DNA of 55,767 bases from a virus (taxonomy: Duplodnaviria; Caudoviricetes), in the IMG/VR virus record IMGVR_UViG_3300012943_000007, positions 1 through 55,767 of that record, one strand, 5' to 3'. The notes beneath the pieces were generated by a model. It did not search any database and was not told the origin of the DNA. It saw only the letters and a program-made list of their open reading frames with translations. Below are positions 28,299-37,554 of the stretch, piece after piece (positions within the stretch are counted from its first letter, which is position 1; each line of letters opens with the position of its first letter). Position numbers and translations under genes: made by a program.

Positions 28299-29516
28299 AT
28301 GGCGCAGCACGATTATTCCATTGCGAACGGTTCAGGCGCGGCGGTCCGAGCGGATATCAACGCGCTTGCCGGTGCTATCGCGTCGCAGAACAGCGGTTCT
28401 AGCGCGCCGTCTGTTACGTTCGCTTATATGTTTTGGGCGGATACCGCTAATGATCTAATGAAACAACGCAACGCGGCTAATACCGCTTGGGTTGATCTTT
28501 GGACAATGAGTACGGGTCAGCCTGTCACGGCTGGTAATCCGCTCACTGTCACAGTTCACAAATGGACGGCGACGGCAGGTCAGTTGACGTTCAACGGTGC
28601 GAGTGCGACGCCTGCGCTTAGCGCGGCGCCTGCGTCCGATAATCTCGTTATCATCAATCGCAACGGTCGCCCGCTGTTGCGCGATGAATACACGTTCGGC
28701 GGCACGGTCAATTTTACGACGACGATCACGGATATCGAGGCTGGCGAAATCATCGAAGCGATGGTTTTCGCGTCCGGTACGGCATCGCTCGCGCCTAGCG
28801 CCGGTTCAATCGGCACGGCGGCTTTCGGAACGAACAGCGTTACGAATACCGTTCTAGCCGATATGGCGGCGGATACGATCAAGGGTCGCGCGAATGGCGC
28901 GGGCACCGGCGATCCAACCGATTTGACCGCTGCGCAGGTTCGGACGATTATCGGCTTACCGGCAATCGGAACAGCCGGGCAGAGGTTGCAGAGCGACGGA
29001 ACCGCGTTGACTAATGTTTCCGATTGGGAAGCGATTGAAATCAATACGGCGCTTACGGCGACCAGTTCATGGGCACGAACCGGATTGAGTGCGTATAGTT
29101 CATTAAAACTAGAAGGTTTTATTCTTCCAGCCACAAACTCCGCAGGCGTTGGTTTAAGAACAAGTTCTAACAACGGTTCATCGTACGGTACTAGCTATTA
29201 CCGTCAGTATCTTGCAGGTTCGACGGCAACGGCATCAGCCGGGCAAGCTGGTGAGACAAGTATGTTGCTTTCCAACAGTGTTTATAACCACACAACCGAA
29301 GGCGGGATTACGTTTTCGCTGCTTATGGAAAATTTTAATAAATCCCGTCGAGCAAATGCTATAGTTACAGCCGGATTTGCGGATGGTACCAGCGGCGCTA
29401 ACGTTCTTATTTCTTGGTTTCAAGTGCTAGACAACACAGCGAGAGACGCGATCCAGTTGCTTGCGAGTTCCGGTAATATATCCGGTCGCATTTCGCTTTG
29501 GGGATTGAGAGGTTAG
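28299..29516 (+). CDS. tail fibre 2
   Basis: First ~65 aa paralogous to fibre 1 (M.QHDY.IAN..GA.VRAD.NALA.AIAS.N). Confidence 0.85.
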   Translation: MAQHDYSIANGSGAAVRADINALAGAIASQNSGSSAPSVTFAYMFWADTANDLMKQRNAANTAWVDLWTMSTGQPVTAGNPLTVTVHKWTATAGQLTFNGASATPALSAAPASDNLVIINRNGRPLLRDEYTFGGTVNFTTTITDIEAGEIIEAMVFASGTASLAPSAGSIGTAAFGTNSVTNTVLADMAADTIKGRANGAGTGDPTDLTAAQVRTIIGLPAIGTAGQRLQSDGTALTNVSDWEAIEINTALTATSSWARTGLSAYSSLKLEGFILPATNSAGVGLRTSSNNGSSYGTSYYRQYLAGSTATASAGQAGETSMLLSNSVYNHTTEGGITFSLLMENFNKSRRANAIVTAGFADGTSGANVLISWFQVLDNTARDAIQLLASSGNISGRISLWGLRG

Positions 29517-29520
29517 AACG

Positions 29521-29898
29521 ATGGTTCATTTCGTCAACGGCAAACCGGTCGATGAACCGCCGCAGGGTATCGAAGCATTCGAACGTCAGCGCGAAATCGA
29601 CGCCCGTCCGGTTCCGCCGACTGTTGCGCAGACGAAAGCAGAAGCGGCTCGCCGGATCGAGGCAATCTTGCCGGACTACAAACAACGTAACGCGCTCGCG
29701 CTCGCGCTTGAAACGACGCAAGAGCATGGCGCTGATCCGTCCAAATGGCCTGCCGATTTGAAGGCGGAAAATACCGCCTATATGACGCAATGGAAAAAGA
29801 TCAAACGCATTCGTAAGCGGTCGGACGAAATCGAATTACAGATTAAAGCGGGCACGTTCACCGGCTCGCTAACTGACGATGGGGTTTGGAATGATTGA
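29521..29898 (+). CDS. tail fibre chaperone-like protein
   Basis: KAEAARRI...P.YKQRN...W..I..IR..SD.IE. Confidence 0.6.
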   Translation: MVHFVNGKPVDEPPQGIEAFERQREIDARPVPPTVAQTKAEAARRIEAILPDYKQRNALALALETTQEHGADPSKWPADLKAENTAYMTQWKKIKRIRKRSDEIELQIKAGTFTGSLTDDGVWND

Positions 29899-30787
29899 TC
29901 CGGGTCGCGTAGTCGGCAGTATCCTTTCCGGGCTCGCGCTCGCGGCGGCGATGGATTTTCGTCTGTCGCTTGAAAGCGGCGTCCCGGTCAGCACAACCGA
30001 TCAAACCGCTAAAACAACGCTCTATTTGACGCCCTATTGCGGCAATCGGATCGGCCTATACAACGGCTCGAAATGGGTTCTGCGCGAAACCGCCGAATTG
30101 TCGATTTCGCTCGCGGGTCTGACTTCCGGGCTTGTCTATGATGTTTTCGTTTATGACAACGCCGGGACGCCGACGCTCGAATTGCTCGCTTGGACAAACG
30201 CGACGACGCGTGCAACAGCGCTAACACGTCAGAATGGTATTCTCGTCAAGAGCGGCGCAGCAACGCGGCGTTATGCCGGTTCAATCGTTATGTCGGCGAC
30301 GGGACAGAGCCAGATTAAATTCGGCGGGTCGGCGGCTGGTGGTTCGGAAGCTTATATCGGTATTTGGAATTTCTATAATCAAAAAGACCTTAAACCTTTT
30401 GTCCGTGATACAACTGACAATTGGACTTACGGAACCGGCACTTGGCGCAATTCCAACAATTCAGCAGGAATGCGCGTTTCGATGGTCCGCGGCTTCGACG
30501 AGGATTGGGTGCGCGCGTCGTTCAGCGAGCACATGACCAACGGCGCCGGCTCGGCGGGCCACGTTGGCGTGGGACTCGACGGCACAACCAACATCGGCAG
30601 CGCAAACGAGGGCGTGCCCAACACCTCAGGTGCCCAGGCGACGTTCGCCAATCTCCTTCCGGGTCTCGGCTTTCACTATCTGCAAGCGCTCGAATTCGTG
30701 GCGGGCAGTGGGAACGTGACTTTTTACGGGGACAACGGTAATCAACAGAATTTTGGGAATGGATTTGGAGTTGATCTTAAATGGTAA
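29891..30787 (+). CDS. tail fibre/spike 3
   Basis: RLSLESGVPV..TD...LY.TPY.GN.I..Y.G; beta-rich; in fibre cluster. Confidence 0.7.
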   Translation: MIDPGRVVGSILSGLALAAAMDFRLSLESGVPVSTTDQTAKTTLYLTPYCGNRIGLYNGSKWVLRETAELSISLAGLTSGLVYDVFVYDNAGTPTLELLAWTNATTRATALTRQNGILVKSGAATRRYAGSIVMSATGQSQIKFGGSAAGGSEAYIGIWNFYNQKDLKPFVRDTTDNWTYGTGTWRNSNNSAGMRVSMVRGFDEDWVRASFSEHMTNGAGSAGHVGVGLDGTTNIGSANEGVPNTSGAQATFANLLPGLGFHYLQALEFVAGSGNVTFYGDNGNQQNFGNGFGVDLKW

Positions 30788-31137
30788 ACACTAATCGTTT
30801 ACACGATTTGATCGCAGCACTCGCCCCAATCGACGGCGTTTCCATCGGCAAGCGTTCCGACAAAACGACATGGCGGATCGACTTCAAGCCCGAAGCGACA
30901 GAGCAACAGAAAGCAGCGGCACAAGCCGCGCTTGACGCGTTCGATATCGACGCGCCGCCCGATCTTTCAAAGATCGATACCGACACGCTGAACGCCGCGC
31001 TCGCACAAGAGGGTTCGGTTGTCCGTGCGCTCGCTGAAATCATGTTTGCTGAAATCAACAAACTGCGCGTCAAGGGCGGCGATCCGGCCTATACGAAAGC
31101 GCAGTTCGTTGCAGCGCTCAAAGGGAAAATGCGATGA
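30781..31137 (+). CDS. hypothetical fibre-associated protein
   Basis: PIDGVSIG...WRIDF...AT..Q..AAQ. Confidence 0.6.
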   Translation: MVNTNRLHDLIAALAPIDGVSIGKRSDKTTWRIDFKPEATEQQKAAAQAALDAFDIDAPPDLSKIDTDTLNAALAQEGSVVRALAEIMFAEINKLRVKGGDPAYTKAQFVAALKGKMR

Positions 31138-32126
31138 ACATTACCGCCGATATCATCTATGCGATTGCGCCGTCCGCTCGCGCTGAAATCGTCAACGGCA
31201 TTGTCGAAGCGGCTAAAACACTGTTTGACAAATACAAGATCAGTGACCGCAAGCATGTCGCTTGGATGCTCGGACGGATCGCCGTCGAAACTGGCGGGTT
31301 CAATCGGCTCGAAGAAAATCTGTTCTATACGTCGGTAAAACGACTTCGGCAGGTTTGGCCGTCGCGCTTCAAATCCGACGCGAGCGCGGCGCCATACGTG
31401 CGTAATCCGCAAAAGCTTGCCAATCTCGTTTATGGCGGGCGGCTCGGGAACGTCGGTCCGAACGACGGTTGGCTTTATCGCGGTTCGGGCGATATGCAAA
31501 CGACAGGGTTTTTCAATTTCCGTGAGGTTCAGAACGCGAGCGGCGTCCCGTGCGTTGAATATCCGGACAATCTGCGCAGTCATCCCGGCGCACTGATCGC
31601 CGCGCTTGTCTATTGGACGAAACGCAATCTCGGGCGTTTCGTCGACGCGAACGATATTGCCGGGCTCTGCAAAGCGATCCAAGGCGGAACGCTCGGGCTC
31701 GCCGATCAGAAGCTATACACGGATCGCGCCATGAGGGCGCTAGACGGCACGGTGACGCCGCGTCGGAATACGGACGGATGGTTGCGCCGTGGCGATAGCG
31801 GACCGGCTGTTGAACGGTTGCAGCGTCGCTTGCAGGTGAAAGGCTATTACGACGGCGGCGCGGTCGACGGTATTTTCGGTGAAGGCACTGAGGATGCTGT
31901 TAAACACTTCCAGCGCCAAGGCGGGCTGATCGCTGATGGTGTCGTCGGCCCGGCGACAAGCGCCGCCCTAGAAGCGCCCGTGAACCCGTCTGCGCCTGAT
32001 CCGCACAAGGCGCCAGCCGACGCCGATCCGGTGACGGTCCCGGCTAAGCCAGAAGATGCTTTCTCGATTGGCGCATTGCTGGCGGCAATTTTCCGCGCTA
32101 TATTGTCGCTGTTGCAGCGGAGATAA
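31134..32126 (+). CDS. endolysin, GH19 domain plus peptidoglycan-binding domain
   Basis: ETGGF..LEENL.Y, DGWLYRGSG..QTTG..N; PG_binding_1 LRRGDSG..V..LQ..L...DG.FG..T..AV..FQ. Confidence 0.92.
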   Translation: MNITADIIYAIAPSARAEIVNGIVEAAKTLFDKYKISDRKHVAWMLGRIAVETGGFNRLEENLFYTSVKRLRQVWPSRFKSDASAAPYVRNPQKLANLVYGGRLGNVGPNDGWLYRGSGDMQTTGFFNFREVQNASGVPCVEYPDNLRSHPGALIAALVYWTKRNLGRFVDANDIAGLCKAIQGGTLGLADQKLYTDRAMRALDGTVTPRRNTDGWLRRGDSGPAVERLQRRLQVKGYYDGGAVDGIFGEGTEDAVKHFQRQGGLIADGVVGPATSAALEAPVNPSAPDPHKAPADADPVTVPAKPEDAFSIGALLAAIFRAILSLLQRR

Positions 32127-32133
32127 TTTAGCC

Positions 32134-32466
32134 ATGACGAATACGCCTGAAACCCCGAATAAAACGCCGGTTCAGTTCATCACAAAGACGCCGGTCGGAA
32201 ACGAAATCGAAATTCGTTTGCGTCGCTGGTTTCAGACGCGCGAATTCTGGCTGAACCTCGCCGGTTGGGTCGCGTCGATATTTCCGATCATGTTGCAATT
32301 GCTCGGGACGCTTAATCTATCGCCTTGGGCGTTCGTCATTTGGACGGTCACGCTTCAAACGGCGTTGTTCTTTGCGAACCAATATCTCAAAAACACGTCG
32401 AAATCGATTGTCGTCGACAAATCGACGATGATCGACGAACGCGCGGCAATCGAGCGGCAGGAATAG
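32134..32466 (+). CDS. putative holin (2 TM)
   Basis: Follows endolysin; RRWFQTREFWLN then two hydrophobic helices. Confidence 0.6.
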   Translation: MTNTPETPNKTPVQFITKTPVGNEIEIRLRRWFQTREFWLNLAGWVASIFPIMLQLLGTLNLSPWAFVIWTVTLQTALFFANQYLKNTSKSIVVDKSTMIDERAAIERQE

Positions 32467-32468
32467 CG

Positions 32469-32672
32469 ATGGCGCAGTTCATCGCGTTTCTAGTCTGCTA
32501 TCTCGGGGCAATCGTTGCGGCGGCGTTTATCGTTCTGTCGGTTCTGACGAATGGGATCGCACGAACGAAAAATCCCGACGCCGTATCATGGCACGGAACG
32601 CAAGCGGCATGTCTCGTTCTGATCGTTTGCGTTGCCGGGGTCGTTTTCATGCATCTGACCGGAGGGCGTTAG
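32469..32672 (+). CDS. small 2-TM membrane protein
   Basis: ATG 32469; two hydrophobic segments. Confidence 0.55.
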   Translation: MAQFIAFLVCYLGAIVAAAFIVLSVLTNGIARTKNPDAVSWHGTQAACLVLIVCVAGVVFMHLTGGR

Positions 32673-32673
32673 A

Positions 32674-33096
32674 ATGGGCGGCTTTGGCGCGTGGCTGTTT
32701 AACCTGCTAACTGGCGGATTGCCGGATAAAATCATCGGCGCTTGGCAGACGCACGAACAGCGTAAGCTTGACGCTATGAATGACGAACAGAAACGCGCGC
32801 ATGAAGCTATGTTGCAAGCGCGGCAGGATGCGCTTGCGGTCCGGCTCGCGACGGCTGGCTTTTGGGAAATGCGTCTATTGACGTTCCTGATCGCTCTGCC
32901 GTTCCTGATCCATCTTTGGTTGGTTACGTTCGATACCAATTGGCCGCAACCTTGGAACGTGGCGAGCTTCCCGGCGCCGTTCGACGAATGGGAAGGCGCA
33001 ATTCTGCTTTCTTTCTTCGGTATCGCTGGCGGCGTATCGAGCGTGCGAGCTATCGCCGGGGCGGTCGCGACGCGCAAGAAACGAACTTCCGACTAA
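32674..33096 (+). CDS. holin-like membrane protein
   Basis: Amphipathic N-terminus, coiled segment, two TMs, P.PFDEW.G.I..SFF. Confidence 0.6.
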   Translation: MGGFGAWLFNLLTGGLPDKIIGAWQTHEQRKLDAMNDEQKRAHEAMLQARQDALAVRLATAGFWEMRLLTFLIALPFLIHLWLVTFDTNWPQPWNVASFPAPFDEWEGAILLSFFGIAGGVSSVRAIAGAVATRKKRTSD

Positions 33097-33163
33097 TCGG
33101 TTTGGCGGTCCGAAAGGTCGGTTGACATGGCGGCGAGCCATGCGGTTTCCTCCCAAGGGCCGG

Positions 33164-33214
33164 ACGCCGGGCAGAGGGTTCATTGCCCAAACTGCCCGGC
33201 GTTTCTTTATTTTA
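33164..33214 (+). terminator. terminator ending the late operon
   Basis: acgccgggcag...ctgcccggcgt then ttctttatttt. Confidence 0.7.
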
Positions 33215-33536
33215 TTACTCTGTAGATATCCGCCAGCACGTCGGCGAGTTCGATCCGTGCTTTTTCTTCGCCGCCAGCCTTGACTTGAATATTTACGCTT
33301 TCGGCGTCCGTGTCGAGGTAGTCGAGTAGCACTTTGATAAAAATCGCCGAACGCGACAGGGTAAGACGCGCGTCGGAATGCGCGTCGATCACGGATTGCG
33401 CCACTAGAACGGCACTTTTGATTTCGCCGCTATCGTCCCATTGGCCGGATCGATAGCGTTCGGCGGTATCGGACGCGCCACGGTTGGCGGCTTGCTGCGC
33501 GAGCGTTTCGCGTGCGAATTCGAGGGCGGTTTTCAC
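33207..33536 (-). CDS. hypothetical protein
   Basis: GTG 33536 coupled to upstream stop. Confidence 0.55.
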   Translation of the reverse strand: MKTALEFARETLAQQAANRGASDTAERYRSGQWDDSGEIKSAVLVAQSVIDAHSDARLTLSRSAIFIKVLLDYLDTDAESVNIQVKAGGEEKARIELADVLADIYRVIK

Positions 33537-33736
33537 GATGGTTGAACCTCTGAATAATCGGGGTTGATGCGATGAACCTTGGCAATTAAATCGGGCGGCT
33601 CGCCGGGTCGACAAATTACCGATTGACTGCCGACACTGCCGGTAACGCGCGCCATTGCGATTTCGTCGAGGGCGGCTTGACGAGACACGGCGTCACAGAG
33701 CCAGCGCGTCCCGTCGATTGTGATGATCCGTTTCAT
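33533..33736 (-). CDS. hypothetical protein
   Basis: ATGA coupling. Confidence 0.5.
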   Translation of the reverse strand: MKRIITIDGTRWLCDAVSRQAALDEIAMARVTGSVGSQSVICRPGEPPDLIAKVHRINPDYSEVQPS

Positions 33737-33984
33737 TCGTTGAACCATGCGGCAGTCGCTTCCGGAAAACGAAATGCCATGATCGCTTTGATAATGGCGG
33801 CGTGGCGGCTCGCATGTTCGCCCTTGACGACTTCGCTCGCGTTCGTCGACTTGGCGTTTTCGGAGTAATGAGTAACAGCCGTTTCGATCAGGTGATCATG
33901 CTCGCGCGCCAGTTCGGCGAACGACGCGTCGGCGGCATGAACCAAGCTTTCGAATTCGGCGGCGGTGGAACGATCCTGCGACAT
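33733..33984 (-). CDS. hypothetical protein
   Basis: SD AAAGG; ORF. Confidence 0.55.
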   Translation of the reverse strand: MSQDRSTAAEFESLVHAADASFAELAREHDHLIETAVTHYSENAKSTNASEVVKGEHASRHAAIIKAIMAFRFPEATAAWFNE

Positions 33985-34035
33985 TCTAGAAACCTTTCTG
34001 CCGGGGATTGAGCGCCCCGGCTCGCTTGGAGTTGG

Positions 34036-34323
34036 TTATTCGGTGAAACCTTCGCGCCAGTCGGCGACAGGTGCCTTGCCATTGGCTTTGCGTTCGGCGT
34101 TGCGACGTTCGAGGGCGATCACTTCGCAGTGAGCGCAAACCGTTTCGCGGGGAAGTTTCGCGGCGTCGCGGATGCTGACAATTTCCGATCCCATGTTCGC
34201 GTAGGTATTGCGACCGTTGTAAATTACCAAACCGTTGCCAATCTGGCGCGACGCACAAAGCGCCTTGGGCGCGTTCGTGCCGGTCAGCTTGTTAGCACGG
34301 ATATGAACTTTGCGGTTGGACAT
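34036..34323 (-). CDS. small His/Cys (zinc-binding?) early protein
   Basis: H..., ALC, CAHC; GGAG SD; promoter upstream. Confidence 0.6.
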   Translation of the reverse strand: MSNRKVHIRANKLTGTNAPKALCASRQIGNGLVIYNGRNTYANMGSEIVSIRDAAKLPRETVCAHCEVIALERRNAERKANGKAPVADWREGFTE

Positions 34324-34351
34324 GGCGGAAACTCCGTTTCAATGAACAGAG

Positions 34352-34379
34352 ATATAAGCCGGTTAATCAGCCGGGTCAA
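34352..34379 (-). promoter_or_regulatory. promoter TTGAC-N17-TTATAT
   Basis: Near copy of 5944-5971. Confidence 0.75.
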
Positions 34380-34392
34380 TAGGCGTTTTGAA

Positions 34393-34728
34393 TTATTTTC
34401 GAAGATCGGCGATTAACTCCAGCCAATGAATAGCGCTGGCTAAATTATCGTGATCGGCAGTGCGGTAATTTCTGACCGTGCGGCTATGGATCGTCCAAAG
34501 CGGCCCGTATTTGTCGGTAAGGATCGCGCCAGCGGCGAGCGCCTTAGCCTTGACGCTCAAAGTAACGTCGTAATGCTCCCATGACGCAGCGGGCGGGCAC
34601 TGGAACCATTCGCGGCGCAATCCTAGACGCGCCGCGAAATCGTGTAATTCGGAAATATCGCCATCCGTCCATAAATGACACATTACCATGCGCCGGAAAT
34701 TATGGCGAACATCGTCGACGTAGATCAT
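34393..34728 (-). CDS. DUF4031-like protein
   Basis: YVDD...MCHL..D...ELH.FA.RLGLRREWFQ...HYD...A...GA. Confidence 0.8.
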   Translation of the reverse strand: MIYVDDVRHNFRRMVMCHLWTDGDISELHDFAARLGLRREWFQCPPAASWEHYDVTLSVKAKALAAGAILTDKYGPLWTIHSRTVRNYRTADHDNLASAIHWLELIADLRK

Positions 34729-35492
34729 TCCGGATCAGTCCCGTGATCGTTGGCAAGCGCCCCGGCTGGCGTCGGCGCAGCGGCGCGTTCGACGGCCTTT
34801 TGTTCCTCAGATTTGAACGTGTCAGGATGCAAGCCAATCGCCCGCGCGAATGTTTCCGGTCCGTCACTGCCGCTTGCAGGTTGTTGAGTAATTATTCCGC
34901 CTGAAACCGGCGTCGGCGGCGGATCGAGCGTTTTCAGCAAGGCTTGATATCCGGCGCGCTTGCTCGCCAATTCGTCGCTTTGAGTGCGTAGTTCCCGGAC
35001 GCGTTCGTTATGCGCCTGATCTTCGGCGTCCGTCATTTCGCGGTGACGTTTGGTTTCAGCTTCAACGGCGTCGGTATGACGGCGATTTTCATCGGCGAGC
35101 GCGGTGCGATTGGCGTTATCCATCTTGTCGAATTCTTCGATCATTTGTTGCGCCAAAATACGATGTTCGTTGATCCCTGATAGAGCGGTGATCGGCGGCA
35201 ATGCGAGTTCGTCAGACACGGCGGTTCCCCTTTCGGAATTGATAGCATTATCGACGGCGGCTAATAGCTCGCGCTCGGACGCGGGCGGCGGTGACGTTGG
35301 TTCGATCAGCATACGCTTAGGCGCGAGCGCGGCGCGTAGTTCTCGGGATAGCGGTTCACCGTCGTCGAACGTGCGCGGCTTGGCGTTTACGCGGTCGACG
35401 GCAGTCGCTAAATCCTGTCCGTCGTATTGCAGTTCTGGCGGTAACGGTAAACGGCTAATGAACCGTCGCACGCTCTGAGGTAACAGGTTCAT
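34725..35492 (-). CDS. hypothetical coiled-coil protein
   Basis: ATGA coupled to polymerase. Confidence 0.65.
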   Translation of the reverse strand: MNLLPQSVRRFISRLPLPPELQYDGQDLATAVDRVNAKPRTFDDGEPLSRELRAALAPKRMLIEPTSPPPASERELLAAVDNAINSERGTAVSDELALPPITALSGINEHRILAQQMIEEFDKMDNANRTALADENRRHTDAVEAETKRHREMTDAEDQAHNERVRELRTQSDELASKRAGYQALLKTLDPPPTPVSGGIITQQPASGSDGPETFARAIGLHPDTFKSEEQKAVERAAAPTPAGALANDHGTDPE

Positions 35493-37468
35493 TTTATGAT
35501 CAGCTTTCTAGCTTCCTCTATATAGAATTGATGATTGACGTTCGACCAATCGAATTGATCGGCGCGGTTGCATTCTACGACGTTCCATCCGGCTTGAAAA
35601 GCCATTTCGCGGTCGTCGTATTTGCTCTTATTCGCCGTGTGAATGCGCGCGTCCCATTGACCGGTTGGTATGGAATGTAGAACGGCGTAATATTCGCCGT
35701 CGCTAATCTTGCTTTTGCGCTTCCAATCGCCGGGCGTGGCGCCAGCGACAGGTGGCGAGCGCTTGACCATTGGTTCGCCTTGCTTGGCGACATAGTAGCG
35801 CGTAATTCGTTGCATCGGACGATTGCCGATATAGACCTTTGAACCGGACGGCGCTTTGGCTCGCAACATGAAATCGAACGGCTCGCGGTGCATGGCGATG
35901 AATATCGCCGGATCAACGCCGTTGAATAGCGCCATTTCGGCAGCGCGCTGGATCACGTAAGAGCTATGATCTTTATACCATGCGCTCGGGCTCGCTTCGC
36001 TGATATCCTTTTCGTAATCCTTTGGATACCAGTAAGCGCCTTTCAGTTTGCGCTTTCCCTTGGGCGTTTCGGCGGCGTAGTTGTTTACGTCGCGAATGAA
36101 CATGCGCGAGTATTCCGCATATTCCAGCACAAGGCGCGTTGCGGTTTCCCATTGCTTGCAGATCGCGCGAGCCTGATCAACATAGTTGCGATGGATGCGG
36201 TACGTTATGCCGTCCGTGTTGATTTGGATTAGCTCGATTGTTGGGACCAACATAAGCCGATCCGCGAGCATACAAAGCAGCAATTGACCGTTCAGTGTGA
36301 TCGACAAAAGAAACTGCGGATCATAGAGCGGTGAATATTGCGATCCGCTGTCGCCATAAGCGCCATTCGCGGAAAGTTTTAGAGCGCCGTTCATAACAGT
36401 TCCCTTGGCGTATTTCTTACGTTCGTCCCGGACGCCGCGATAAACGTTCACAAAGGTTTGTCCAAGGTGCGCGGGATATAGACCGTTCTCGATTGCTATC
36501 GATGGATAGAGCGCCGCAACGTCGATATCTTCGATAACGAACTGATCGTCGGCGATCACGCGCCGGGCGCTGACCGATCCGTGAATTCCGCCAGTGCCAA
36601 ATGAGAACGTGAACCCGTTGATCGTCGCGGTTACGTCAGTGAATACGCCCTTAGTTCCTTCGACGGTCTGACCACGAAAGAATTCTAGAACGCGGTTAAA
36701 TTCGGCGTGGTAAAACGTGATATACGGAAAGATGATATCGGCGAGGCGGATTTCGTTGCGCCATGTTTGGTTCGGAACTTTCCGCCCGTTCTCGCGCTTG
36801 TAACAAAGCTGTTCGCCTAGCCGCTGCTCGATAAGCTGTTTGCCGATCTTCGTATCATTGAAGTTCAGCACGTCGCCCTTGACGATGGTGCGCAGTTCGC
36901 GACGGAATTCGATATTCGGTTTCGATATGATCGCGAACCGGTCCGTTTCTAGAACGTCATGGCGGTTGTATGGTATTAGATACTGGTCGATTTGCTCGTT
37001 TGTTAGATACGTGCCGACCTGAACCGGCATATCTTCGATGCTCGGCGAGCGCATGGCGAATTGCAGCGCTTTAAGCGACGTGCGTTTCGCTTGGTTATCG
37101 AAGTGATGGATTTTATATAGGTCTATCTGCGGCGCGAAGCGGTCCGATTGCCAGATTGAAAAGCGGCTGAATTTTTCATCGTTGGACGATGCTATTATTT
37201 GTTGCGCGAGCGCATAGATTTGTTCGACGGTAATCCATCGATCCATGAACATAGCGTGTAAGATCGGATAGTCGAAATTCAGGTTGTTAAAACCTGTCAT
37301 GTCGAGTTGGTTCAAAGCGAGCCAATCGAGCCATTGGAAAAACGCCGTTCTATCGTCACGGCGGAATGAGATTTCCCAAGTAAACATATCGGACGGATTG
37401 CCGGTCGAGCAAGCCGAACAGGTGAAGCAGTTTGGAAATGTCTCGATATCGTAAGTTACGCCTAGCAT
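35489..37468 (-). CDS. DNA polymerase, family B-like, with 3'-5' exonuclease
   Basis: Exo YDIETF, GFNNLNFD; pol DIDVAALYPS, KLSANGAYG, INTDGI. Confidence 0.9.
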   Translation of the reverse strand: MLGVTYDIETFPNCFTCSACSTGNPSDMFTWEISFRRDDRTAFFQWLDWLALNQLDMTGFNNLNFDYPILHAMFMDRWITVEQIYALAQQIIASSNDEKFSRFSIWQSDRFAPQIDLYKIHHFDNQAKRTSLKALQFAMRSPSIEDMPVQVGTYLTNEQIDQYLIPYNRHDVLETDRFAIISKPNIEFRRELRTIVKGDVLNFNDTKIGKQLIEQRLGEQLCYKRENGRKVPNQTWRNEIRLADIIFPYITFYHAEFNRVLEFFRGQTVEGTKGVFTDVTATINGFTFSFGTGGIHGSVSARRVIADDQFVIEDIDVAALYPSIAIENGLYPAHLGQTFVNVYRGVRDERKKYAKGTVMNGALKLSANGAYGDSGSQYSPLYDPQFLLSITLNGQLLLCMLADRLMLVPTIELIQINTDGITYRIHRNYVDQARAICKQWETATRLVLEYAEYSRMFIRDVNNYAAETPKGKRKLKGAYWYPKDYEKDISEASPSAWYKDHSSYVIQRAAEMALFNGVDPAIFIAMHREPFDFMLRAKAPSGSKVYIGNRPMQRITRYYVAKQGEPMVKRSPPVAGATPGDWKRKSKISDGEYYAVLHSIPTGQWDARIHTANKSKYDDREMAFQAGWNVVECNRADQFDWSNVNHQFYIEEARKLIIK

Positions 37469-37491
37469 TCAAATCCGCCGCTTGAATGAAT

Positions 37492-37527
37492 AGGCGCACC
37501 GGCTGGCGTCAAACAACCGGTGCGCCC
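37492..37527. terminator. hairpin between SSB and polymerase genes
   Basis: ggcgcaccgg...ccggtgcgcc. Confidence 0.5.
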
Positions 37528-37554
37528 CTTTCGCTTAATCCGTGTTGAGCCGGG

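Noticed and set aside
26552-29516. Diversity-generating retroelement or invertible fibre switch
   Set aside because: No reverse transcriptase, invertase, inverted fibre copy or adenine-specific repeat pair seen; similarity is limited to the N-terminal anchor.
33097-33205. Possible small RNA after the lysis cassette (several hairpins)
   Set aside because: Adequately explained by a terminator between convergent operons; no tRNA or known ncRNA features.
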